This document shows positions 20,378 to 28,536 of a stretch of DNA of 64,000 bases, piece by piece. Numbering within the stretch: the stretch's first letter is position 1; the number at the start of each line of letters is the position of its first letter. Source of the DNA: a virus; the IMG/VR virus record IMGVR_UViG_3300020045_017904, positions 1-64,000 of that record. One strand, 5' to 3'. The notes below the pieces were generated by a model. The model did not search any database. It worked only from the letters and a program-made list of their open reading frames with translations, and was not told where the DNA came from. The position numbers were made by a program, and so were the translations under genes.

Positions 20378-20782
20378 TTATATTGTGTGTTCTATTCTTA
20401 CTCTAACACAAGTTTGAGGAAGTGAATTAATATGTCTGTAATTATTAATATAACCCATAATATTAGCACTTCCAATAGCATTTGCTGAATGTGTGTATAC
20501 TGGAAAAATTGGTTTTCCATCCAACCATTGTTCTACTAACCATTTAGCACAATCATAACCTGTTTTTTCTGTTATATTATTATAATCTAATTTGTAATTA
20601 TGATAAACATTTGAGTGCCATTCTTTCATGGCTGAATCTCCTAAATCATGATCTAAAGATATACAATCGATATTCTCAAAACCTAATTCATTTACTTTAT
20701 TTATAAATTGATTATAATCCCTTACTACAATCCAATCTGAATCGATTGGGGTTCTTACATCATCTAAATATATTTTATACAT
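20378..20782 (-). CDS. cyclic-phosphate-processing receiver-domain protein
   Basis: IYLDDVRTP, ISLDHDLG, TGYDCAKWL, HSAN. Confidence 0.8.
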   Translation of the reverse strand: MYKIYLDDVRTPIDSDWIVVRDYNQFINKVNELGFENIDCISLDHDLGDSAMKEWHSNVYHNYKLDYNNITEKTGYDCAKWLVEQWLDGKPIFPVYTHSANAIGSANIMGYINNYRHINSLPQTCVRVRIEHTI

Positions 20783-20790
20783 AATTTTAT

Positions 20791-20825
20791 ACCATAAATA
20801 TACAACAAATATTTGTGGTGTCCAC
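20791..20825 (-). promoter_or_regulatory. host-type promoter
   Basis: GTGG-N19-TATATTTA. Confidence 0.5.
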
Positions 20826-21065
20826 CTAAACTTCCTTTATTAAGTTTAAAATTTTATCTTGTAATTCTTTAATTTCTATTTCAGTACAATCAGAATTATA
20901 ACATTCAAATTTTATATTTTCTCCTGTGTGATGATCTCTTGTAAATAAGATATAATAATCATCTTTCATCATCTCAGTAGTAGATTTTAAATTTGATTCA
21001 ATAATTTCTGTAGGTGTATGAAAAGGGTATCTAACTACAAAAATTGGTTTAATTTGTTTTTTCAT
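20826..21065 (-). CDS. hypothetical protein
   Basis: ORF. Confidence 0.45.
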   Translation of the reverse strand: MKKQIKPIFVVRYPFHTPTEIIESNLKSTTEMMKDDYYILFTRDHHTGENIKFECYNSDCTEIEIKELQDKILNLIKEV

Positions 21066-21247
21066 TGTTTTGATTGTTTTAAATATTCCCCAACAATTTC
21101 AACTAAATCATTATTAGTTATGGGGATTCTTCCTTCTTCCAATTGATATTTTACCCTTTCCAAATAACGTAACCAATGCAAATTGTTTTTAGTAAGAATT
21201 GTGTCTTTTATCTGATTTAGTAAAACAATATCAACTTTATTCTTCAT
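21062..21247 (-). CDS. hypothetical protein
   Basis: ORF, ATGA coupling. Confidence 0.4.
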   Translation of the reverse strand: MKNKVDIVLLNQIKDTILTKNNLHWLRYLERVKYQLEEGRIPITNNDLVEIVGEYLKQSKQ

Positions 21248-21504
21248 TTTGTATATTTTAAAGTATCTCCAATATTATATAATCCTTTTTTGGCTACAAA
21301 TCTTGGGTATTCTTTATTGAAACTTAAATTATCTATTTGATCTTCATTTGTAGTATAAATACAAGTAGAATCTCCATATTTTTCTACTTTAGTTATTATA
21401 TCTCCGTCAATAGTAGCCCAATTACTACAGCTAAACAAAAACATAACCATTAAAATTAATAAAATTTTATTCTTCATATATTCCTGAATTTTTCTTATTT
21501 TCAT
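21244..21504 (-). CDS. putative lipoprotein (likely start MKNKILL)
   Basis: KNK-ILLILMVMFLFS-C lipobox. Confidence 0.55.
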   Translation of the reverse strand: MKIRKIQEYMKNKILLILMVMFLFSCSNWATIDGDIITKVEKYGDSTCIYTTNEDQIDNLSFNKEYPRFVAKKGLYNIGDTLKYTK

Positions 21505-21931
21505 TACATTCTACTTTAATAACCTTTATTCTTCCTCCCTCATTTTTTGAAAACCAATCATTAAATTTATCAAAAACTAATTTTGCAGCACTTTCAGCAC
21601 CAATTCTATCCATAAAAATTGGTTTAGCCAAACCCATAGTTCCTAACTGTTCAAAAATATCTTTATATGGATCATCTTTTTCAATTAATAAAGTATGATC
21701 AAACATTGAATCTAACCAATCTTTAAGTCCATTTCTCCCAAACAAACCAAAATCAACAATCCAATTCATTTCATCAAGTTGATTTTCTTCAACTTCTTCA
21801 ATAGAAGCAAACCAAACCTTAAACTCAAAAGCATACCCATGTAATAATTGACAATGAGAATGTTGTGCTTTGTGTTGTCTTATAGCAACAGAAAAATTAT
21901 CGAATATTTTAGTTGAACTAAACCTCCCCAT
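21467..21931 (-). CDS. queD: 6-carboxy-tetrahydropterin synthase
   Basis: HCQLLHGY, WIVDFG, FDHTLL, GAE..A, E..KNS. Confidence 0.92.
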   Translation of the reverse strand: MGRFSSTKIFDNFSVAIRQHKAQHSHCQLLHGYAFEFKVWFASIEEVEENQLDEMNWIVDFGLFGRNGLKDWLDSMFDHTLLIEKDDPYKDIFEQLGTMGLAKPIFMDRIGAESAAKLVFDKFNDWFSKNEGGRIKVIKVECNENKKNSGIYEE

Positions 21932-22169
21932 TCAAAAATTTTACTAATTGTTCTTGAGAATTGTATCCTACCATTCTTCTTTTTTCTTCCCCATCTTCCA
22001 AAAATATTACTGTAGGAATATGAGTTATATTCCATTGTTTTGCATCTGATGGAGAGTATTCAAGATTAATTTTATCAATTTTGATTTGATTTCTAAATTG
22101 ATCTAATATGGGTTCTAATTTTTCACAGTTAGAGCACCATTTTTCATGGAAAAATAATAGTTTTTGCAT
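21918..22169 (-). CDS. thioredoxin-like protein
   Basis: WCSNC, IPTVIF..G.E..R.VG. Confidence 0.85.
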   Translation of the reverse strand: MQKLLFFHEKWCSNCEKLEPILDQFRNQIKIDKINLEYSPSDAKQWNITHIPTVIFLEDGEEKRRMVGYNSQEQLVKFLNGEV

Positions 22170-22229
22170 TGTTTTTAAATAATAGTTTTTATTTTTGTGG
22201 GTATTATATGTAATTTATTTGGTTTGTAT

Positions 22230-22251
22230 TTAAATACGCGTTAAGACGTGT
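22230..22251. repeat. 22-bp CG-rich motif, inverted copy
   Basis: reverse complement is ACACGTCTTAACGCGTATTTAA. Confidence 0.7.
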
Positions 22252-22261
22252 TAAAATTGAT

Positions 22262-23191
22262 TTAATTTGTTGGGGTTGGGGAAAATGTTACTGTGGGAGA
22301 GTAATTTTCCAAAACATTTATTACATGAGATTTTGCAACTTCCCAGTCTACGGGTCCTTCCTCTATATTTGCATATTTCGCAGGATCAGGTCTTCCTAAT
22401 TTAATAAAAGCTTCTATTCTTTCAACACTTGAAGCACTCTTATAGTCTGAATACCAAGAACCATAATATGGATTATAAGAACTTAACATTTTCACTTCTT
22501 GTTCTGTTTCTTTGGATTGGATAAATATTGGTTTATATGAAGTCATAGTTCTTGAATAAACTTCATCAAAATCTAAACCTAATTGTTTACAACATATTTC
22601 ACCATCTTGTAAAATTCCAAATTTATCTATTTTAAGATAGGGAGTATAATAAGTTACTGAATCACCATCTTCATTTCCTTCTAAAAAGGCATTATAATCT
22701 GCATCTCTAAATTCTTGGCGACAATCTTTGTAAATAAAATGGTCGCCAGCATGCAAACCGAGTGCTATTTGGCATGGAGAATCTGTTCTTTGTGAAATAG
22801 ATAAAGCAACTGCTTGAATAATACTGGAGAATATTTTATTACGATTAGGAACAACAGTATCTTTCATATTTTCCTGCTCATAATGTCCTTCAGGAACATC
22901 TTCACCTCCCTCTACTAATGATGAATTAAGTAAGGAACCTAATCCATTTAAATGAATAATCTGGTGGGATACAGGAATAAAATTATTATAAATTCCACTT
23001 CCATCAGCTGTTTGAACATGTTTTGAGTTTATATACTCAACTAATTCTTTTGCTTTTTCTAATTCAACCTTATGTTTTTGACCATAATCGAATGAAAGGC
23101 ATTGAACTTTATAACCTTTACTTAATAAGTGAAGAAGTAAGGAACTTGAATCCATTCCTCCACTCAATGAAAGCACACAATATTTTTCCAT
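22262..23191 (-). CDS. queC: 7-cyano-7-deazaguanine synthase (QueC) lacking the Zn-binding cysteines
   Basis: LSGGMDS, FDYGQKH..E, VPNRN, Y.DCR, ER.EAF. Confidence 0.9.
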   Translation of the reverse strand: MEKYCVLSLSGGMDSSSLLLHLLSKGYKVQCLSFDYGQKHKVELEKAKELVEYINSKHVQTADGSGIYNNFIPVSHQIIHLNGLGSLLNSSLVEGGEDVPEGHYEQENMKDTVVPNRNKIFSSIIQAVALSISQRTDSPCQIALGLHAGDHFIYKDCRQEFRDADYNAFLEGNEDGDSVTYYTPYLKIDKFGILQDGEICCKQLGLDFDEVYSRTMTSYKPIFIQSKETEQEVKMLSSYNPYYGSWYSDYKSASSVERIEAFIKLGRPDPAKYANIEEGPVDWEVAKSHVINVLENYSPTVTFSPTPTN

Positions 23192-23194
23192 ATT

Positions 23195-23776
23195 TTAATG
23201 ACTTATATAAATTCTATTAATTGATTTACCTATTTGGATAATATAATATCCTTCAGGCCATAACTCAACATTTATTGATTTATTCCATGTGTTCCCTTTA
23301 AATACAATTTTTCCTAAGTAATTATAAATTAAAACATCGGTTACAGCTCCTTTCCATTCAAATTCAATAATATTAGAATCAAATGGGTTTGGATAAATTA
23401 ATACTTTTTCAACTTCAACATTATTTGTATTTGCAGTTTTGGAACACTCAACCTTTAATTTTAAATACATAGAAGTATCACATTTTGTACATCTATTTTT
23501 AAATGTAGATTTAATAGTATAATAACCTGTGTCTTTAAAAGTAGTTTTGAATATTCTATCATCTGATAGAGTATCAATTTTGAATGTTTTCATGTTTTTT
23601 CTTATTGTAAAATAAGAGACACAAGTGTCTTTCCATCCTAATTCAAATGTGTATTCGTTACATTTGTTTGAATAATAAATTCCTTGTTTTGACCAATCAC
23701 ATTTTTGTGGTGTAGTTTGAGCTATTGAGCTAAAAGAAAACGCGATTAATGCAATAATTGTAATTAATTTTTTCAT
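23195..23776 (-). CDS. signal-peptide protein with a PKD-like segment and a T9SS type-A C-terminal sorting domain
   Basis: MKKLITIIALIAFSFSSIA-Q; IYPNP..IYNYLGK..INVELWPEGYYIIQI. Confidence 0.8.
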   Translation of the reverse strand: MKKLITIIALIAFSFSSIAQTTPQKCDWSKQGIYYSNKCNEYTFELGWKDTCVSYFTIRKNMKTFKIDTLSDDRIFKTTFKDTGYYTIKSTFKNRCTKCDTSMYLKLKVECSKTANTNNVEVEKVLIYPNPFDSNIIEFEWKGAVTDVLIYNYLGKIVFKGNTWNKSINVELWPEGYYIIQIGKSINRIYISH

Positions 23777-24297
23777 ATGTTATTTTTTCTATATATTAAA
23801 AGTCCTTGATAAAAATCTTCATCCACATTAATGGTTTTAAAATCCCAATTACCTCCTGGTAGTTTATTTATGTTTTTTATAAAAATAATTTTGTAAAGTT
23901 TAGATTTTTGGGGATCTGTTTTAGTTAAAAATGTATCTTTATTTTTATTAGAAGCAAAAAGAGTAATATTATTAATTTTTGGATTATTATTTATCCAATC
24001 AATTGATATATCAAAAACAGTTTTTAAAATTTTTATTAAATATTCATAATTAGTTTTTTGATATTGTGTTTCAACACCTTCTAAAAAATATGATATATTA
24101 TAAGCAGGATAACTAATATTTAATTCTTTACAATCATTTTCATCAAATGGAGTAAAAGTAACTATTACTCCTAATTTATCCTCAGTTTTAAAGGAATATT
24201 TATTTGATGAATTTTTAATAAAATTATAAGAATTTATATTATTTAAATCCCCCACTTCTTTTACTAATTTTTTATATTCTAATACTAATGATATCAT
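23773..24297 (-). CDS. hypothetical protein
   Basis: ORF. Confidence 0.5.
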   Translation of the reverse strand: MISLVLEYKKLVKEVGDLNNINSYNFIKNSSNKYSFKTEDKLGVIVTFTPFDENDCKELNISYPAYNISYFLEGVETQYQKTNYEYLIKILKTVFDISIDWINNNPKINNITLFASNKNKDTFLTKTDPQKSKLYKIIFIKNINKLPGGNWDFKTINVDEDFYQGLLIYRKNNI

Positions 24298-24342
24298 ATA
24301 TTGTAATATAATATTGTTTATTTAATTTTCCAAATTTATTTA

Positions 24343-24519
24343 TTATTTAATATCAACCCATTCCCAACCTAATAAAAATTTTACAAAAAATCTATTAAAT
24401 TTTGATGGTTTAGTATAAAATCCTATTTGAGTCCCACTATCCCCAATTACATAACCTCCAATTTTTTTCTTTGGTTTTTTAAATTCAGCTTTATATTGAT
24501 TTGTATTTACTGGACTCAT
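24343..24519 (-). CDS. 58-aa hypothetical protein (not in ORF track)
   Basis: MSPVNT...KPSKFNRFFVKFLLGWEWVDIK; ATGA overlap with the upstream gene. Confidence 0.5.
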   Translation of the reverse strand: MSPVNTNQYKAEFKKPKKKIGGYVIGDSGTQIGFYTKPSKFNRFFVKFLLGWEWVDIK

Positions 24520-25316
24520 AGTTTGTTTGTTTTTTTAAACATTTTTACATTATGTTTTGCTAATGATATTTCAAATTCAGTTATTTTATCTTTTCCCCAA
24601 AATTGAGTTGTATTTAAATTTAAAATTGGTTTAGATTCAAAATAATTAGAATTATTATAGTTCTTACCTTCTAAAGCAGCCATTATAGGTGCACTTGTAT
24701 CAATTGATTCAATAAATTTAAAATCTTTATAAAATTGAAATTCTGACCATATTGATGACCCCAAAAGATGAACTTTATCACTATTATTTAATAATTTCAT
24801 TTTATGTAATTTTGAAATTACTAATAACCTCCCCATTGCTTTTCCAAAATCTTGATTTGGGTGTGGGAATAAATCATTATAATATGAAGCTCCATAACTA
24901 AATGCTAGTTTTTTATAACCTAAATCTTTATAAATTTGAGTACATTCAATAGCATCTCCTAATGATTTACCTTGTATAACAGCTATTTTTTGTACTCCTT
25001 TTGGTAATTTTATTTTAGACCATTTTTTAGCATTTACAATTGAAGCATCTTTATCTTCCCAAACATCAGGTATAAAGAAATTGGAAGGTCTTAATTCTTC
25101 AATCCAATGTATTAATCTTTCAAAATTATAAGCAACCTTAAGTTCATGTAAAGAATTATCTAAATAAATTTCTCTACCCAATTCTTTTTCTTCCAGAAAG
25201 AAATCTCTATATTCATCACTTTGGTCCATTAGGTGGGGTAAGCAATATGAATACTGATTGTAATTTCTACTTTCTCTTAAAAGTAATACTGGGGTTTCGT
25301 GACTAATTTTAATCAT
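24516..25316 (-). CDS. TGT-fold DpdA-like 7-deazaguanine DNA transglycosylase
   Basis: YLDNS..E, IPDV, AVIQG, VHLLG, SIDTS in TGT order; near queC/D/E/folE. Confidence 0.7.
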   Translation of the reverse strand: MIKISHETPVLLLRESRNYNQYSYCLPHLMDQSDEYRDFFLEEKELGREIYLDNSLHELKVAYNFERLIHWIEELRPSNFFIPDVWEDKDASIVNAKKWSKIKLPKGVQKIAVIQGKSLGDAIECTQIYKDLGYKKLAFSYGASYYNDLFPHPNQDFGKAMGRLLVISKLHKMKLLNNSDKVHLLGSSIWSEFQFYKDFKFIESIDTSAPIMAALEGKNYNNSNYFESKPILNLNTTQFWGKDKITEFEISLAKHNVKMFKKTNKL

Positions 25317-25319
25317 TCT

Positions 25320-25844
25320 TTAAAAATTTTCAAATATTGCGTTTATTAATTTATTTTGGGTTAATAACCATTTTCTATATTGATTATAAATTTCCATTAT
25401 TGTTCCTTGAGCATAATTTTCAATAAAATCATTAACTTGATCTTCTGTTCCTTTATGGAATCTTCTCAAATTTTTCTTTAAATATTCTAATCGATTGAAT
25501 TCATCTTTTTCAAAATCTAAAGATAATTTATTTATACGTCCAATATAAGATTTTTTTATTTCATTTTCAAGTTCATTTTGATTATCTTTTTGATTTTTTC
25601 TTAATTTAATAATTTCATCAACCATCCATTGATATTCATATTGAATTTGAGCTGCATAAGGAGAATAATCAAAATCCCCATTATTAAATTTTTCTTCAAA
25701 TGATTTATGTTTAGATAATGGTTTGTGGGTTTCAAATCTTCTCCACCAATAAAATTTATTAAAAATTTTTGTTGGGGGTTTGGTAGGGGCTTCAAATGTA
25801 ATAAAATTACAACCTAGTTCCCTTAATAATTTTTCTTTGTTCAA
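25320..25844 (-). CDS. hypothetical protein
   Basis: ORF; FYWWRRF..NGDFDYSPY. Confidence 0.55.
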   Translation of the reverse strand: MNKEKLLRELGCNFITFEAPTKPPTKIFNKFYWWRRFETHKPLSKHKSFEEKFNNGDFDYSPYAAQIQYEYQWMVDEIIKLRKNQKDNQNELENEIKKSYIGRINKLSLDFEKDEFNRLEYLKKNLRRFHKGTEDQVNDFIENYAQGTIMEIYNQYRKWLLTQNKLINAIFENF

Positions 25845-26003
25845 AATAAATTGTGTTTGTAATAAGACTTAAAAGTTACTCTTGCCAATTAGTTGATACC
25901 ATGATTAGAAATGTATAAAATCCTCATGTTCTTCTTATTCTTAATGATACATTAACATTACAATACAATTTATTTTTTTAATTCCCTATAAATATTTCTC
26001 TTA

Positions 26004-26490
26004 TCAATATTTTTTGCTAATTCTAACATTTTTCATTATTTCATCAATTTCTTCAGGAGTTAATTGTTTATCTGGATTACTTTTTTGTTTCGAATATAAT
26101 TCATTTTTATGAATAAAAGCAAGATAAAAACGATCTTCTTGTTTTTTATATTCTCGTGAAAATATTTTATATTTATGTTTTATATCTTCATATTCTTTCA
26201 CAGTTAAATCAAATCCCCTTTGTCCTGGTTTATTTCTTTGTGTCCACATTTTAACTTGATCTGGGTGTTCACAAACATTTGAAACTATTTGAAAAAATAA
26301 TTTTCGTTGTGGTAATTTTAATTTAAACCAATATGTTTTTCTTGGCTCATCTTCTAAATCTCCATCACTAATACTATACTTTTTCCATTATCTCTCTCAA
26401 AAGAGTTTCAGCATTTTCTTTTTCACCACCAACTCCTTGGTTTACTAATGCTTTTACTTTTTTGGCTAATTCGAGACCTTTATTATCCAT
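26004..26490 (-). pseudogene. DUF2786-like protein broken by a 1-nt insertion in an A-tract (~26383)
   Basis: MDNKGLELAKKVKALVNQGVGGEKENAETLLREIMEK continues as YSISDGDLEDEPRKTYWF... in the frame of ORF 26004..26249. Confidence 0.6.
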
Positions 26491-26673
26491 TTTTGAATTA
26501 TTTTTTTAAAGTATTTCTTCTTTCTTTGGCTTTATTTACAGAATTAGTTGAATCATCTCTATCATCATAAATCCAACCTTTTTTAGAACCATAAGGAATA
26601 TGTTTCCTATTATCATTGGATGCGAAATTATTCTTTTTTCCGTTTTTTCTACCTTTATCCTTTGACATTATTT

Positions 26674-26892
26674 TTATAGGTAAAATTTTTCTTGTTCTAT
26701 ATATTTATTAATTACAATATCTATTTCATCAGAAAATCCCCACCCACTTTTTAACATATTAATAATTTCTCTAACTTCCCAATCTTGATTAGTAATTAAA
26801 TCATACCAAATATCAACAACTATTTCAGGAATTGATGGATATTTTTTTAAGAAAAATTTCAAACTTTCGCAATGATCTGCTCTTTGGCTCAT
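26674..26892 (-). CDS. hypothetical early protein
   Basis: follows a host-type promoter. Confidence 0.5.
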   Translation of the reverse strand: MSQRADHCESLKFFLKKYPSIPEIVVDIWYDLITNQDWEVREIINMLKSGWGFSDEIDIVINKYIEQEKFYL

Positions 26893-26913
26893 AACTTTTA
26901 TTTCTTTTTTACG

Positions 26914-26948
26914 TCGTAAATATACAACAAGGGATTACGGTTTCCAAA
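26914..26948 (-). promoter_or_regulatory. host-type early promoter
   Basis: TTTGG-N19-TATATTTA; resembles the 11229 and 48828 copies. Confidence 0.7.
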
Positions 26949-27506
26949 TTAGTCGTTTGACTTTAATAACCATAAACTCCAAACCATAACACAAAAACTA
27001 TGAAATATTTCAGCAATCGCAAATCCTTTAAATAATAATAAAAACAATAATGGAAAAAATATAGTTGAAATTGAAAACACTAAATGCATCAACCATTCTT
27101 TATATTGTATATATTTTCTATTTAAAAATGATAATAAAAATACCATTAATGGAAATATAAAAAAATAAAGTGAAGCTGTTATATCATGTATTAAAAAACC
27201 CATAGGATAAAATCCTGTTAGGAACAAACATAAAAATATTAAAGAAAAGCCCAAACTTAAAAATAATTTAAATTTTAATCTTTTGTGTTTTAAAATATAA
27301 AATAATGTATTTATAGATAATGAAACAGATAATAATTCTAAAACATGATTCCAATAAGAAGAAGTTATTGGGTTTGTACTAAAATAAGATAAAGGTATAT
27401 CAAAAATACTAAATTCAGTTACATACCATGAAAATAAAAAAACACATATAAATAATATTATTGATATGATGGTTTGGATCTTTCTAATATAAAATATTTT
27501 ATCCAT
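26949..27506 (-). CDS. multi-pass membrane protein (DUF998-like)
   Basis: about 6 TM segments; PLSYF, H..TA.LYF, AE. Confidence 0.55.
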   Translation of the reverse strand: MDKIFYIRKIQTIISIILFICVFLFSWYVTEFSIFDIPLSYFSTNPITSSYWNHVLELLSVSLSINTLFYILKHKRLKFKLFLSLGFSLIFLCLFLTGFYPMGFLIHDITASLYFFIFPLMVFLLSFLNRKYIQYKEWLMHLVFSISTIFFPLLFLLLFKGFAIAEIFHSFCVMVWSLWLLKSND

Positions 27507-27525
27507 ACCATTTTTATTATAAATA

Positions 27526-28524
27526 TTAATATGTTTTTATTTCACCTTCTAATTCTTGTTGTTGTTTTTTATTTCTCCAAGCTGATAAATTAGGATCATA
27601 TTTATATTCAAATGGAGTTTTTATAATTCCATCACCTTCATCTATTTTTTCTTCATTAATATTTTCTGGGGTTACTTCTGGGAGTGGGGTTCCTATAACT
27701 TCTTCCTGAATTAATATATCTTCAGGTTTTTTTTGAATTTGATTAAAAGCAAAACTAGCAGATATTATTAATACAATGGCTAATGGATCAAAAACAAAAA
27801 TTATTGCTAATAATAACCAATTTATAACCACATCCATAGGTTGGTGTGTAAGGTTACTTAAATATTTTAAAGGACCTAACTCATTAGATTTAGTATTTTT
27901 TGATTCTATTTCAAATTTCTTATTTGTTAAATCCAAAATAATAGAATCTTGGGATGATAATTGTTTTTTTATTTGTTTCTCGTCTTTTAATGCTAAATCA
28001 AGTTGTTTTTCATATGATTTTCTATTGCCACTCGAACTTGTTGTTAATATATTTCCTTTTTTATCTTTTGTTGTTTGGATATTATTTCCTAAATTTTCTC
28101 TTAATTTTGAAATACTTTGTTGAATTTCAAATAATTGTTTTGTATTTAATTTTTGAGAAGTTTCATTTAATTTTTGTTGTTTATCTATTAAACTTAATTC
28201 TTGTTCAATAATAATTGATTTATTTGAAATTGTTTGATAACCCGAACTTAATAATCCATAAACCCCAGCAGAAGTTATTACCATTAAAATAAATAAAGCT
28301 GAAATTAAATATGTTTTTAAATATATAGAAATTGATTTCCAATATCTATGTAATAAAGTTGCTATTGTTATTTTGCTTAATTCTAAAAATGAAGCCATAA
28401 TAATAACAGGGATACGAGTTGCAGCAAATAATAAAGATAACCCCGTTATGCTATAAAAAGCTGCTGTAGAACTTAGGCCTAAGGCACAAAATAAAATAAG
28501 GAATGGTAAAAAATATTTTTTCAT
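27526..28524 (-). CDS. membrane-anchored coiled-coil protein
   Basis: AAFYSITGL..ELSK..TSAGVYGLLS, coiled coil, GPLKY..IIFVFDPLA. Confidence 0.65.
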   Translation of the reverse strand: MKKYFLPFLILFCALGLSSTAAFYSITGLSLLFAATRIPVIIMASFLELSKITIATLLHRYWKSISIYLKTYLISALFILMVITSAGVYGLLSSGYQTISNKSIIIEQELSLIDKQQKLNETSQKLNTKQLFEIQQSISKLRENLGNNIQTTKDKKGNILTTSSSGNRKSYEKQLDLALKDEKQIKKQLSSQDSIILDLTNKKFEIESKNTKSNELGPLKYLSNLTHQPMDVVINWLLLAIIFVFDPLAIVLIISASFAFNQIQKKPEDILIQEEVIGTPLPEVTPENINEEKIDEGDGIIKTPFEYKYDPNLSAWRNKKQQQELEGEIKTY

Positions 28525-28536
28525 AACTAAAAATTT

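Noticed and set aside
25601-25795. Nested minus-strand 64-aa ORF
   Set aside because: It lies wholly inside 25320..25844 in another frame and has no independent support.
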